A program made the translations under genes and the position numbers. A stretch of 64,000 bases of DNA from an uncultured Candidatus Rokubacteria bacterium (GTDB lineage Bacteria > Methylomirabilota > Methylomirabilia > Rokubacteriales > CSP1-6). The stretch covers positions 704,001 to 768,000 of the forward strand of contig CAVYTA010000005.1 of assembly GCA_963771355.1 (NCBI GenBank). The letters are read 5' to 3'. The notes beneath the pieces were generated by a model. It was given only the letters and a program-made list of their open reading frames with translations. It did no database searches and was not told the origin of the DNA. Below are positions 19,925 to 30,541 of the stretch, piece by piece. The first letter of the stretch is position 1. Each line of letters begins with the position of its first letter.

Positions 19925-20857
19925 AGTCTCGGCAAGACCTCCTTGGCGATCCGCTCCACCTGCTCCGGCTGATAGCGGTAGGGGATCAGGATGATGCGAT
20001 TGACGCCGGTCTGCACGTGCGCGCGCAGCTGGTCCACGCACTCGGCGGCGCTGCCGTGAATGGCATGCTCGATGGTGGACTCGCTCCAGGCGGCGGTGTC
20101 CCACTCGGTGGACAGCCACTGCCGCATGTCCGCCGCGGTCTGCTGCCGCGACTCGCCCACATAGATTGCCAGCTGGTTCGTGGAGCGTGAGCTGCGCGGG
20201 GTCGCGCCCGGCCTCGCGGGCGAAGGCCTTCACCTTCTCCCAGCCCTTGGTGAAGCTCTCCGGCGTGTAGAAGTAGGTGAGCCACCCGTCGCCCACCGTG
20301 CCCGCCCGCTTGAGCACCGCCTCGACGTAGCCGCCGATGAGAATGGGCGGGCGCGGCCGCTGCACCGTGCGCGGCACCATCACCGCCTCGCGGAGGTTGA
20401 ACTCGTCCACCTTCAGGGTGACGCGGTCCTCCGTCCAGAGGCGCATGAGGATGTCGAGGTTGCGCTCGAATTGCCGGCCACGCTGCTTGAACGGCACGCC
20501 CACCGCGTCGAACTCGCGCGCATACCAGCCCGCCGCCACGCCGAGGATGAGGCGCCCGCCCGAGATCACGTCGAGGCTGCCCAGCGCCTTGGCCGCCACC
20601 ACCGGGTTGCGCAGCGGAAGGACGAGGACGCCGGTGCCCAGGCGGATCTTCCGCGTCCGGGCGGCGATGGCGCCCAGCATGGTGATGGAATCCACGATGG
20701 GGAAGGAGGGCTCGACGCCGAGCAGCACGTGGTCCCAGGCCCAGAGCGACTCGAAGCCGAGGGCTTCACCACGTTCTGCATACGCGTAGAGGCCGGGGAT
20801 GTCGGGCACCTCGCCGGGGCCCACGAAGTTCCGGATGGCGAGGCCGAAGTCGGTCAT
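19921..20857 (-). CDS. LLM-class flavin-dependent oxidoreductase (+1 frameshift near 20186)
   Basis: GFESLWAWDH, LDVISGGRL, PPILIGG; the C-terminus STNQLAIYVG...KEVLPRL lies in the next frame and ends at 19921. Confidence 0.85.
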
Positions 20858-20872
20858 GGTGTCGGGCGTCTC

Positions 20873-21649
20873 CTAGCCGATGAACTGCCGGTCGGGATCG
20901 AGGGCACGGAGGATCTGGAGCTCCTTCTCGCTGGGGGCGGGTGCGGTGGCCACCTCGTCGGCGACGAGAAGGTCGAAGGGCGTGTGATCGCGCACCTGCT
21001 CCACCGTGATTCCAGGATACACCGCCTCCAGGCGCATGCGCCGGGAGGTCGGCTCGAAGCCGAAGAGGCCCAGGGTGGTCACCACGCGCGATACCCCGCC
21101 GAAGAGCAGGCCGGCGCGCTCGCGCGAGTCGCCGCCGCTGAGGTGGCCGGGGCTGGTGATGAAGTCCACCTTGGGAATGAAGCGGCGCTTCTCGTGCACG
21201 GTGAGGATGATCACCCGCTGGCAGAGCGAGATGATGTCGTTGGCGCCGCCGGAGCCGGGCAGGCGGACCTTGGGCCGATCGTAGTCGCCGATGGCGGTGG
21301 TGTTGAGGTTGCCGTACTGGTCGATCTGCGCCCCGCCGATGAAGCCCACGTCGAGGAAGCCGCGCTGAGCGATGAGGAACGCATCGGTGATCCCGGGCAG
21401 CATCTGCGCGTGATAGGCGGCCCGCATCTCGTTGGTGGAGATGGGGAGCCAGCCGGGCCGCCACTGGGGCCCGATGATGCCGCCCTCGATGACCATGGTG
21501 AGGCGCGGGGCGTGCAGCCGCTGGGCCAGCACCGACGCCATCATGGGCGCGCCCACGCCGGTGAACACGGTCTGATGGTCGCGAAGCTCGCGCGAGCCCA
21601 TGACCGCCAGCAGCTCATTCGCGGTGACTTCCCGGGCCGTCTCCGTCAC
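20873..21649 (-). CDS. CoA-transferase subunit B (GctB/CatJ-like)
   Basis: VFTGVGAP, MVIEGG, GAQIDQYGNLN, RLPGSGGANDI, VDFITSPG; GTGA overlap with subunit A. Confidence 0.85.
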   Translation of the reverse strand: MTETAREVTANELLAVMGSRELRDHQTVFTGVGAPMMASVLAQRLHAPRLTMVIEGGIIGPQWRPGWLPISTNEMRAAYHAQMLPGITDAFLIAQRGFLDVGFIGGAQIDQYGNLNTTAIGDYDRPKVRLPGSGGANDIISLCQRVIILTVHEKRRFIPKVDFITSPGHLSGGDSRERAGLLFGGVSRVVTTLGLFGFEPTSRRMRLEAVYPGITVEQVRDHTPFDLLVADEVATAPAPSEKELQILRALDPDRQFIG

Positions 21650-22608
21650 GAGCAGAGCTCCCGGCCGCGCCGCTCGGCATCCGCGCGCATGGCGTCGGGG
21701 AACAGCGCCAGGTAGTCGGTGTGCCGATCCGGCGCGTACACGTAGCGCTCGAGGTACCGTTCCACCCCGGCGGCGCCGTGGGCCTGGATGCCGGCGACGT
21801 ACTCGCCGAAATGGCCGGGCTCGGAGTCGTAGAGGCCGTAGCACTCGTGCGGGTAGGAGCCCCAGGGCACGTGCGCGAGGGCGTCCACTGCGAAGCCGGG
21901 GATGACGGTGCGGTCGGGATGGCGGCGGATCTCCTCCTCGGGCACGATCTCTTCCGCCGTCACCAGCACGGTGGCGGCGGCGAAGGCGATGTCCGCGTCC
22001 ATGTGCGGATAGCCGTCGATCTGGCAGTTGCCGAAACGGTCGGCGCGCTGCACGTGGAGCAGCGCCACGTCGGGGTAGAGCGCGGGCACCGCGTGGAGCG
22101 TGGCGCCGGTGTACGGGCACTCCACCGTCTTGGATCCGCCCACGCCCATGAGGTCCGAGCCCAGCATGGTGAGGGTGGGCAGGAAGGGCAGGCCCATGGC
22201 GGCGGCGCGGAAGCGCAGGCCCAGGCCGAGGTGGCTCCACTCCTCGATGGGGACGCGGCCCGACTCCACGTACTCGCGCATGATGCGCGAGAGCCCCCAG
22301 GGAAGGCCGATACCCATCCAGGCGGTGATGACCTTGTCCGCCGCCCCCGCCACCATGCACCACTCGCCCTCGTAGCACATGAGGTTGCGCGCGATGGTGA
22401 GGCCCCGCGGCCGCCGGCGGAGGACGGCGCGGATCAGCGCCAGCGGCGTGCGGCTGTAGAGGATGCCGCCGAAGGCCACGATGGCGCCGTCGGGAACCCG
22501 GGCGGCGGCGTCCTCGAGCGAGACGAGCTTCTCGCCGGCGCTCTTCGGCTTGGCTTCGAGTCGGCGGCGGGCGACGCGGAAGTCGTAGTCGCGGGGGGAG
22601 ATGGTCAC
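21646..22608 (-). CDS. CoA-transferase subunit A (GctA/CatI-like)
   Basis: KLVSLEDA, RTPLALIR, AAAMGLPFLP, PDVALLHVQRADRFGN; GTG 22608 preferred (TTG 22644 is the alternative). Confidence 0.85.
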   Translation of the reverse strand: MTISPRDYDFRVARRRLEAKPKSAGEKLVSLEDAAARVPDGAIVAFGGILYSRTPLALIRAVLRRRPRGLTIARNLMCYEGEWCMVAGAADKVITAWMGIGLPWGLSRIMREYVESGRVPIEEWSHLGLGLRFRAAAMGLPFLPTLTMLGSDLMGVGGSKTVECPYTGATLHAVPALYPDVALLHVQRADRFGNCQIDGYPHMDADIAFAAATVLVTAEEIVPEEEIRRHPDRTVIPGFAVDALAHVPWGSYPHECYGLYDSEPGHFGEYVAGIQAHGAAGVERYLERYVYAPDRHTDYLALFPDAMRADAERRGRELCS

Positions 22609-22614
22609 GGGCGT

Positions 22615-22686
22615 ATTCTCGTGGGCGCCACGCAGGAAAGTCAATCGGTTCCCTCATTGACAGCCGCGACGAACTGTACGATAACT
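22615..22686. promoter_or_regulatory. Divergent promoter region of the catabolic island
   Basis: Minus: TTGACT(22644-22639)-18nt-GAGAAT(22620-22615), 6 nt before GTG. Plus: TTGACA at 22657 followed by TACGATAACT. Confidence 0.5.
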
Positions 22687-22778
22687 ACCGGCGACAGCGG
22701 ATCAGAGTCGACCCGCTTGCCGTTCACCCCGGAGAACAAATCCCCCTGAACCAGCATGGGACGGACAGGAGGTCGGTG

Positions 22779-23951
22779 ATGAGGCGAGCCGCGGTCGGTC
22801 TGGGTATCGTGGTGGCCGTGCTGCTGGGCGCGGTGGCGCCGGCGGCGTGGGCGCAGGAGACGGTGAAGGTCGGACTCATCCAGCCTCTGTCGGGCCCCGT
22901 GGCCGCGTCCGGCAACTACGTCCGGATGGGCGCCGAGATCGGCCGCGACTGGATCAACGGGCGCGGGGGGGTGCTCGGCCGCCAGATCCAGCTCCTCATC
23001 GAGGACAACAAGTCCGATCCCAAGGAAGCCGCCACCGCCGCCGAGAAGCTCATCGTGCGCGACAAGGTGCCGGTGATCGTGGGCGCGTGGGGCTCCTCGA
23101 TGACGCTGGCCGCCATGCCCAAGCTCGAGGAGTACGGCGTGCCCATGGTGGTGGAGACCTCCAGCGCGGCCACCGTCACCAAGCGCGGCAATCCCTGGGT
23201 GTTCCGCATCAGCCCGCCCAGCGAGATGGAGGCGGTGGGACTCGAGAAGTACCTCAAGGATCTCGGCATCAAGCAAGCGGACTTTCTCGCCGTCAACACC
23301 GACTGGGGCCGCGGCTCCGTCACCGCCTTCGGCGATCTCCTCAAGAAGAGCGGCGCGACGGTGGGGGCGGTGGAGTTCATGGAGCAGGCGGCCACCGACA
23401 TGAACGCGCAGATCACCAAGGTGAAGGCGGGCTCCGCCGACACGCTCTTCCTCACCACCAGCGTGGAGCAGATCACCCTGGTGCTGAAGCAGGCGCAGGA
23501 GCAGCGTCTCACGCGCAAGGTCATCACCACCGGGGGCTCCTCGTCGCCCAGCCAGCTCATCAAGCAGGCGGGGGCGGCGGCGGAGGGCACGCTGCACATC
23601 CTCTTCTTCCTGCCCTGGTTCCCGGAGGCGATGCCGGACGGCAAGCTCGCCAAGGCCTTCGTGGACGAGTGGAACAAGCGCGGCCATCCCTTCGAGGGGC
23701 TGACCGAGGGCTTCCGCGGCCACGACGGCGTCCTCACCGCGGTGGAGGCGATCCGGATCGCGGGCAAGGCCGAGCCCAAGGCGGTGCGCGACGCGATGTG
23801 GCAGGTGAGCGTGATGGGCGTGAACGGGCCCATCAAGTTCGAGAAGGACGGGCCCGCGGGCAAGGAGAGCGGGCAGAGCAAGCCCAGCATCTTCATCGTC
23901 CAGATCAAGGACGGCAAGATCGCGCTCCCGTCGTTCGCCGCCAAGAAGTGA
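22779..23951 (+). CDS. livK: Branched-chain amino acid-type ABC substrate-binding protein
   Basis: Signal peptide, VKVGLIQPLSG, INGRGGVLGR, EDNKSDP, WVFRISP. Confidence 0.88.
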   Translation: MRRAAVGLGIVVAVLLGAVAPAAWAQETVKVGLIQPLSGPVAASGNYVRMGAEIGRDWINGRGGVLGRQIQLLIEDNKSDPKEAATAAEKLIVRDKVPVIVGAWGSSMTLAAMPKLEEYGVPMVVETSSAATVTKRGNPWVFRISPPSEMEAVGLEKYLKDLGIKQADFLAVNTDWGRGSVTAFGDLLKKSGATVGAVEFMEQAATDMNAQITKVKAGSADTLFLTTSVEQITLVLKQAQEQRLTRKVITTGGSSSPSQLIKQAGAAAEGTLHILFFLPWFPEAMPDGKLAKAFVDEWNKRGHPFEGLTEGFRGHDGVLTAVEAIRIAGKAEPKAVRDAMWQVSVMGVNGPIKFEKDGPAGKESGQSKPSIFIVQIKDGKIALPSFAAKK

Positions 23952-23973
23952 GGCGGGCCGCGGCGCGTCCGGC

Positions 23974-24846
23974 TTGGACCAGCTCCTCCAGCACCTGCTG
24001 AACGGGCTGCTGCTCGGCAGCACCTACAGCCTGCTCGGGATCGGGCTGACGCTCGTGTTCGGGTTGATGAACGTGGTGAACTTCGCCCACGGCGAGTTCT
24101 ACACGCTGGGCGCGTACGCCGCCTTCGCCGTGCTCGTCGGGCTGTCCGTCAACTTCTTTCTCGCGCTCCCCCTCGCCATCGTGGGCGGCGCGCTGGCGGG
24201 GGCCGGCTGCGAGTGGCTCCTGCTCCGGCCGCTGCGCGGGGCCTCCATCGACACCACCATGCTGCTGATGATCGGGCTCTGGATCGCGCTCCAGAACGGC
24301 GAGCTGCTCGCCTGGGGCGGGGTGGCCAAGAGCGTGCCCACCCCCTTCTCGACCACGCCCGTGGTCATCGGGCCCGTCTCCGTGTCGACGCTCCGGATCT
24401 TCGTGTTCGTGATGTCCCTGCTCCTCATCGTGGGCGCGCATCTCCTCCTTGCCCGCAGCCGGCTGGGCCGCGCGATGCGCGCCACCTTCCAGGACCGGGA
24501 GACCGCCGCCCTCATGGGCGTGAGCATCGAGCGCATCCACACCATCACCTTCGCGCTGGGCGCGGGCCTTGCCGCCGCGGCGGGTGCGCTACTGGGGCCC
24601 GTCTTCCTCCTCTACCCCTCGATGGGCGATCTGGCGTCGCAGAAGGCGTTCTCGGTGGTGATCCTCGGAGGGCTCGGCAACTTCGCCGGGGCCGCCGTCG
24701 GCGGCGTCCTCCTCGGCGTGGCCGAGGAGCTGGGGGCGGGGTACGTGTCCTCCGGGTACCGCGACGCGGTGGGCTTCGTCATCATCGTGGCCATGCTGCT
24801 GGTGCGCCCCTCCGGGCTCTTCGCCCGGGCCGAGCGAGTGGGCTGA
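23974..24846 (+). CDS. livH: Branched-chain amino acid ABC permease
   Basis: GLTLVFGLMNVVNFAHGEF, GRAMRA, VVILGGLG. Confidence 0.9.
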   Translation: MDQLLQHLLNGLLLGSTYSLLGIGLTLVFGLMNVVNFAHGEFYTLGAYAAFAVLVGLSVNFFLALPLAIVGGALAGAGCEWLLLRPLRGASIDTTMLLMIGLWIALQNGELLAWGGVAKSVPTPFSTTPVVIGPVSVSTLRIFVFVMSLLLIVGAHLLLARSRLGRAMRATFQDRETAALMGVSIERIHTITFALGAGLAAAAGALLGPVFLLYPSMGDLASQKAFSVVILGGLGNFAGAAVGGVLLGVAEELGAGYVSSGYRDAVGFVIIVAMLLVRPSGLFARAERVG

Positions 24847-25799
24847 TGCGGGGACTGGCCATGGTGCGTGGGGCGCTCGTCCTCGCGGTGGCGGCCACCG
24901 CCCCCTTCTGGGTGTGGAATCCCTACCATCTGCACACCCTCATCATGGCGGGCATCTTCGCGGTGCTGGCGCTGTCCCTCAACCTGCTGCTCGGCTACAC
25001 GGGCCAGCTCTCCCTCGGTCATGCCGCCTTCTTCGGGATCGGCGCGTACGCCTCCGCGCTCCTCACCGTGAAGCTGGAATGGTCGGCGTGGATCGGGCTC
25101 GTCGCCGCCGTCCTGCTTCCCGCGCTCACCGGCTGGGGGATCGGCCGGCTCGCGCTGAAGCTGCGCGGCGCCTACTTCGTGCTGCTCACCATCAGCTTCG
25201 CGGGCGTGGTCTCCTTGGTGAGCGTGAACTGGATGGATCTGACCAACGGCCCCCTCGGCATTCCCGGCGTGCCCGCGCTGGCGGTAGCGCTGCCGGGGCT
25301 TCCCGAGCTGCCGCTGCGGAGCAAGCCCGCCTTCTTCTACGTGGTGCTGGTCGCGGTGGTGGCGGCCTATGTCGTGTGCCGGCGGCTCATCGCGTCCCGC
25401 ATCGGGCGAGCGCTGGTCGCGCTGCGCGAGAACGAGACCCTGGCGGAATCGGTGGGCATCGACGGCACGCACTATCTCGTGGTGGCGGCCGTCATCAGCG
25501 CGGGCATGGCGGGCGCGGCGGGCGGGCTCTACGCGCACTACACGCGCTTCGTGAGCCCCGAGGTCTTTCTCTTCACCTACACCGTCACCATGGTCATCAT
25601 GGTGGTGGCGGGCGGCAAGGGGACCCTGAGCGGGCCCATCGTGGGCGCGGTGATCTTCACCGTGCTCCCGGAGACCCTGCGCGAGCTGACCTCCTGGCAG
25701 TGGCAGATGCTGCTCTACGGCGTGCTCCTCATCGCCACGCTGTTCTTCATGCCGCAGGGCATCGTGCCCACCCTGCGGGACCGGTGGCGCCGCGCATGA
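24846..25799 (+). CDS. livM: Branched-chain amino acid ABC permease
   Basis: LNLLLGYTGQLSLGHAAFFGIGAY, LRGAYF, TNGPLGI, GGKGT. Confidence 0.9.
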   Translation: MRGLAMVRGALVLAVAATAPFWVWNPYHLHTLIMAGIFAVLALSLNLLLGYTGQLSLGHAAFFGIGAYASALLTVKLEWSAWIGLVAAVLLPALTGWGIGRLALKLRGAYFVLLTISFAGVVSLVSVNWMDLTNGPLGIPGVPALAVALPGLPELPLRSKPAFFYVVLVAVVAAYVVCRRLIASRIGRALVALRENETLAESVGIDGTHYLVVAAVISAGMAGAAGGLYAHYTRFVSPEVFLFTYTVTMVIMVVAGGKGTLSGPIVGAVIFTVLPETLRELTSWQWQMLLYGVLLIATLFFMPQGIVPTLRDRWRRA

Positions 25800-26605
25800 G
25801 CGGCCCCGCGGGAGGAGAGGCCGGGGGAGGGGAGGCCGGCAATCTCGGGGTGCACGACCTCGTGGTGCGCTTCGGGGGCGTGAGCGCGCTGGCCGGGGTG
25901 AGCTTCGCGGTACGGCCGGGCGGGGTGACGAGCCTCATCGGCCCCAATGGCGCGGGCAAGACCACCGCCTTCAACGTGATCACGGGCTTTCAGACGCCCA
26001 CCTCGGGGCGCGTGGCCTGGGCCGGCCGGGACGTCACCGGCTGGCGGCCCTGCCGGATCGCCGCGCTCGGGCTCGTCCGCACCTTCCAGAAGACCAGCGT
26101 GTTTCCCGCGCTCCCCGTGCTCGAGAACGTGCTCACCGGATTGCACCTGCGCGGAGAAACCGGGCTGGCCGCCGCGCTGCTGCGCCGGCGCCGCGTGGCG
26201 GTGGAGGAGCGCGCGCTGCGGGACGAGGCGGTGGCCGTGCTGGACTTCGTGGGGCTCGGGGCGCGCCACGACGAGGTGGCGGGCGACCTCTCCTACGGCG
26301 AGCAGCGGCTGGTGGAGCTGGCGGTGGGCATGGCGGCCCGCCCGCGCCTGCTGCTCCTGGACGAGCCCGCCTCCGGCATGACGCCGGCGGAGAAGACGGC
26401 GACGGCGGGGCTCATCCGGAAGATCTGCGAGACCGGCGTCACCGTCCTGCTGGTGGAGCACGACATGCGCCTGGTGATGGGCATCTCGGACCGCGTCCTC
26501 GTCCTCAATCACGGTCGCCTCATCGCCGATGGCCCGCCCGCGGACGTGCAGCGGGACCCCGAGGTGATCCGCGCCTATCTCGGCACCGGCCATGCTGCAG
26601 CTTGA
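25796..26605 (+). CDS. livG: Branched-chain amino acid ABC ATPase
   Basis: FGGVSAL, GPNGAGKTT, LSYGEQR, DEPASG, VIRAYLG. Confidence 0.9.
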   Translation: MSGPAGGEAGGGEAGNLGVHDLVVRFGGVSALAGVSFAVRPGGVTSLIGPNGAGKTTAFNVITGFQTPTSGRVAWAGRDVTGWRPCRIAALGLVRTFQKTSVFPALPVLENVLTGLHLRGETGLAAALLRRRRVAVEERALRDEAVAVLDFVGLGARHDEVAGDLSYGEQRLVELAVGMAARPRLLLLDEPASGMTPAEKTATAGLIRKICETGVTVLLVEHDMRLVMGISDRVLVLNHGRLIADGPPADVQRDPEVIRAYLGTGHAAA

Positions 26606-27296
26606 GTCCGTGTCTGCGGGGTACGGCCGGGTGGGGGTGCTGGCCGGGGTCAGCCTGGAGGTGCGCCGGGGGGATTTCGTCTGCCTGGTCGGCGCCAATG
26701 GCGCCGGCAAGACCACCACGCTCAAGACCATCTCCGGTCTCCTCCGGCCGTCCGCCGGCCGCATCGTGTTCGAGGGGCAGGACATCGGGGGCCGGAAGCC
26801 CCAGGACATCCTGCGGCTGGGCATCGCCCACTGTCCCGAGGGCCGGCGGGTCTTCCCGCATCTCACCGTGCAGGAGAACCTGGCCATGGGCGCCTATGTG
26901 CGCCGGGACGCGGCCGCGGTGGCGGCGGACCTGGAGCGGGTGCTGGCGCACTTTCCCGTCCTGGCCGAGCGCCGGCGCCAGCCGGCGGGCACGCTGTCGG
27001 GCGGTGAGCAGCAGATGCTGGCGATCGGGCGGGCGCTGATGGCGCGGCCCCGGCTTATCATGTTCGACGAGCCGTCGCTGGGACTGGCGCCCACCGTGAT
27101 CGAGACGACGTTCCGCATCATCGGAGAGATCCAGAAGGACGGGACCACCGTGTTCATGGTGGAGCAGAACGCCTACATGGCGCTTCGCATGGCGACGCGC
27201 GCCTATGTGATGGAGACGGGCCGCATCACGCTGGAGGGGCCCGCGCGCGAGCTGCTCGACGACGAGCACGTCAAGAAGGCCTACCTGGGAGGCTAG
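26592..27296 (+). CDS. livF: Branched-chain amino acid ABC ATPase
   Basis: GANGAGKTT, PEGRRVF, LSGGEQQMLA, DEPSLGLAP, VEQN. Confidence 0.9.
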   Translation: MLQLESVSAGYGRVGVLAGVSLEVRRGDFVCLVGANGAGKTTTLKTISGLLRPSAGRIVFEGQDIGGRKPQDILRLGIAHCPEGRRVFPHLTVQENLAMGAYVRRDAAAVAADLERVLAHFPVLAERRRQPAGTLSGGEQQMLAIGRALMARPRLIMFDEPSLGLAPTVIETTFRIIGEIQKDGTTVFMVEQNAYMALRMATRAYVMETGRITLEGPARELLDDEHVKKAYLGG

Positions 27297-27304
27297 TCCG
27301 GAGC

Positions 27305-29675
27305 ATGGGAGCCAAGTACTTCGGCGCATCGGTGCCCCGCCGCGAGGACCCGCGCCTCTTGCGCGGGGAAGGTCGCTTCGTGGACGACCTCAAGCTGCCC
27401 GGCCTGCTCCACGCCGCCTTCGTGCGCAGCCCGCACGCCCACGCGCGCATCACCGGCCTCCGCACGGAGGCGGCCGCCGGGCGGCCCGGGGTCGTCCGCG
27501 TGCTGACCTTTGCGGATCTCGAGCGCTGGATGAAGCCGCTGCCGCTCTTCGGCGCCATCCCCGCCGGCCTCGCCGCACGCGTGCAGGTGAGCATGAAGCA
27601 GGTGGGCCAGCTCGCGATGTGCCGGGACACCGCGCGCTTCGTGGGCGAGATCGTGGCCATGGTGGTGGCCGACAGCCGCGCCCTGGCCGAGGACGCGGCG
27701 GAGCTGGTGGAGGTGGACTACGACCCGTTGCCGGTGGTCACCGACATGGTGGCGGCCGGCGAGGCGGGCTCGCCCGTGCTCCACGCGGAGTGGGGGAGCA
27801 ACGTGGCGCTGGAGTTCAAGACCGGCTTCGGCGACGCGGAAGCCGCGCTGCGCGCCGCCGACGTGCGCGTGCGTGAGCGCTTCTACGTGCACCGCTATGT
27901 CGGCATGCCGCTCGAGACGCGCGGGGTGGTCGCCCAGTGGGACGCGCGCGACGGCAGCCTCACCACCTGGAACGGGACCCAGGTGGTCCACTTCGTCCAG
28001 CAGGGCCTGGTCGCCGCCCTCGGGCTGCCCGCCCACAAGATTCGCGTGATCGCCCCCGACGTGGGCGGCGGCTTCGGCACCAAGGCCACCGGCTATCCGG
28101 AGGACCTTCTCATTCCCGCCGCCGCCATCGTGTGCCGGCGGCCGGTGAAGTGGACGGAGGACCGGCGCGAGCACATGATGGCCGCCGCGCATGCGCGGCA
28201 CCAGGTGCACGACATCGAGATCGGCGCCCGGCGCGACGGGACCATGGTGGGCGTGCGCGACCGCATCTGGGTGGACCTGGGCGCGTACAACTCCTGGGGG
28301 ATCGTGCTCCCCTACAACACGGTGGCCCACCTCCTCGGCCCTCACCGCGTCCCCGCGCTCGACGTGGAGTGCCGCGGGGTGGTGACGAACAAGACACCCA
28401 ACGCGCCCTATCGCGGGGCGGGCCGGCCCGAGACGGTGTTCGCCATGGACCGCATCGTGGACTGCCTGGCCACGCGCGCTGCGCATGGATCCGGCCGAGC
28501 TGCGGCGAAAGAACTATCTCTCCGCCGCCGACCTGCCCTACGAGCTCGACATCCCCTATCGCGACGGGAACCGCCTCATCTATGACAGCGGTGATTTTCG
28601 CGCCAACCTCGAGTCGGCGCTGGAGGCCATCGACTATCCGGCGCTTCGCCGCGCGCAGGCCCAGCGGCGGGACCAGGGCGTGTACCGGGGCATCGGGATC
28701 TCCGGGTATGTCGAGGGCACCGCCATCGGCCCCTACGAGGGCGCGACGGTCCGGATGGATGCGTCCGGGCGGGCGGTCGTCGCCACCGGGGCCTGCAGCC
28801 AGGGTCAGGGGCACGAGACCTCCTTCGCCCAGGTGGCGGCGGACGCCCTCGGCATCCCGCTGGACTGGGTCACCGTGGTCGGCGGTGACACCGCCGCCAT
28901 CCCGTTCGGCATCGGCACCTTCGCCAGCCGGAGCGCCGTCAACGCGGGCTCGTCGATCCACGTGGCCGCCGGCAAGGTGCGCGACAAGCTCGCGGAGGCC
29001 GCCGCCGCGCTGCTCGAGGCGTCTCCCGCCGACGTGGAGATCGTGGACGGCGTGGCCTCGGTCCGGGGCGCGCCCGGCTCGGGATTGCCGCTCGCGCGCG
29101 TGATCCAGGGCTCGCTGCCCACCTTCGCCAAGCCCAGCGCCGTCTCGCCGGACTTCGAGGCGACGATCTATCACCACCAGCCCACCGTCACCTACACGAG
29201 CGCGGTGCACGTGGCGCACGTGGAGGTCGACGTGGGTACCGGCGCGGTCCGGCTGCTGCGCTACGTGGTGGCCCACGACTGCGGCCGTCTCATCAATCCC
29301 CTCATCGTGGAGGGGCAGATCCACGGGGGCGTGGCCCAGGGGATCGGCGGCGGGCTGCTCGAGGAGATGGTGTACGACGAGCAGGGCCAACTCCTCACCG
29401 GCACCTTCATGGACTACCTCGTGCCGACGTCGATGGAGCTGCCGCCCATCGAGACCGTGCACCTCGAGTACCCATCGCCGCGGAACCCGCTGGGCGTCAA
29501 GGGCATCGGCGAGGGGGGCGCGATCTCGCCGCCCGCCGCGCTCGCCAACGCGGTGGAGGACGCACTGGCGCCGTTCGGCGTGCGCGTGACGCGCGCTCCG
29601 CTCGGGCCCTCCACCGTGCTCGACCTCATCAGGGCCGCCCGAGCAACCGGCGAGCAGGCGGGAGGCCGCCCATGA
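27305..29675 (+). CDS. Xanthine dehydrogenase-family Mo subunit, CoxL form II-like (+1 frameshift near 28472)
   Basis: RREDPRLLRG, DVGGGFG, APYRGAGRPE in ORF 27305-28585; SQGQGHET, GTFASR, HDCGRLINP, GVKGIGEG in ORF 28485-29675. Confidence 0.88.
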
Positions 29676-30541
29676 AACCGGCGCCGTTCGAGTATCTCGC
29701 CCCCGCGACGATCGCCGAGACGGTGGCCGCACTCGCCCAGCACGGCGACGACGCCAAGGTGCTGGCGGGCGGTCAGAGCCTGGTGCCCATGCTCAATCTC
29801 CGCCTCGCGCGTCCCGCGGTCCTGGTGGACATCAACGGCGTGACGGAGCTCGACTCACTCCGCGAGGCCGACGGCCGGGTTCACATCGGCGCGCTGAGGC
29901 GGCAGGCCGGGGTCGAGCGCTGGGCGGGCACGCGGCTGCCGCTGATGGCGGAGGCGCTGCGCGCGGTGGGGCATGCGGCCATCCGGAACCGCGGCACGGT
30001 GGCGGGGAGCGTGGCGCATGCTGATCCCGCGTCCGAGCTGCCCGCGCTGCTCCTCTGCCTCGACGGGGCCGCGGTGGCGCGGGGTGCCGGCGGCGAGCGC
30101 GTGATCCCGGCGGGCGAGCTCTTCCGCGCGCCACTCACCACCGCGCTCCGTCCCGACGAGCTGGTCACGGAGGTACGGTTCTCTCAGCCGAGGCCGGACG
30201 CGGGCTGGGGCTTCGCCGAGGTGGCCCGTCGTCACGGCGACTTCGCCCTCGTCGGCGCCGCCGCGCTCCTCTGGCTGGACGACGGCGGGCGCGTGGCCGG
30301 CGCGCGGCTGGCGCTGTTCGGCGTGGGCGGCACGCCGCTCCGGGGCGGCGCGGCGGAGGCGCTGCTCACCGGCCAGGCGCCGAGCGCCGAGCGCATCCGG
30401 GAGGCCGCGCGCGCCGCCGCCGCGGTCCTGCGCCCGGATGGCGATCTCCACGCCTCCGCGCGCTATCGGAGCGAGGTGGCGGCGGTGCTCGCGGAGCGCA
30501 CGTTGACCGCGGCGCTCGGCCGCTGCCGGAGGGCGGCATGA
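29672..30541 (+). CDS. FAD-binding medium subunit (CoxM/CutM-like)
   Basis: MKPAPFEY, LAGGQSLVP, IRNRGTVAGS, RRHGDFA. Confidence 0.9.
   Translation: MKPAPFEYLAPATIAETVAALAQHGDDAKVLAGGQSLVPMLNLRLARPAVLVDINGVTELDSLREADGRVHIGALRRQAGVERWAGTRLPLMAEALRAVGHAAIRNRGTVAGSVAHADPASELPALLLCLDGAAVARGAGGERVIPAGELFRAPLTTALRPDELVTEVRFSQPRPDAGWGFAEVARRHGDFALVGAAALLWLDDGGRVAGARLALFGVGGTPLRGGAAEALLTGQAPSAERIREAARAAAAVLRPDGDLHASARYRSEVAAVLAERTLTAALGRCRRAA

Noticed and set aside
19142..20857. Apparent 571-aa LLM-PxpA fusion in the ORF track
   Set aside because: A +1 shift near 20186 diverts the frame; the real LLM C-terminus is in another frame and stops at 19921, overlapping the pxpA ATG.
27305..29675. Naturally split CoxL, or aerobic CO dehydrogenase
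   Set aside because: A single extra base near 28472 explains the split; the AYxCSFR motif is absent.
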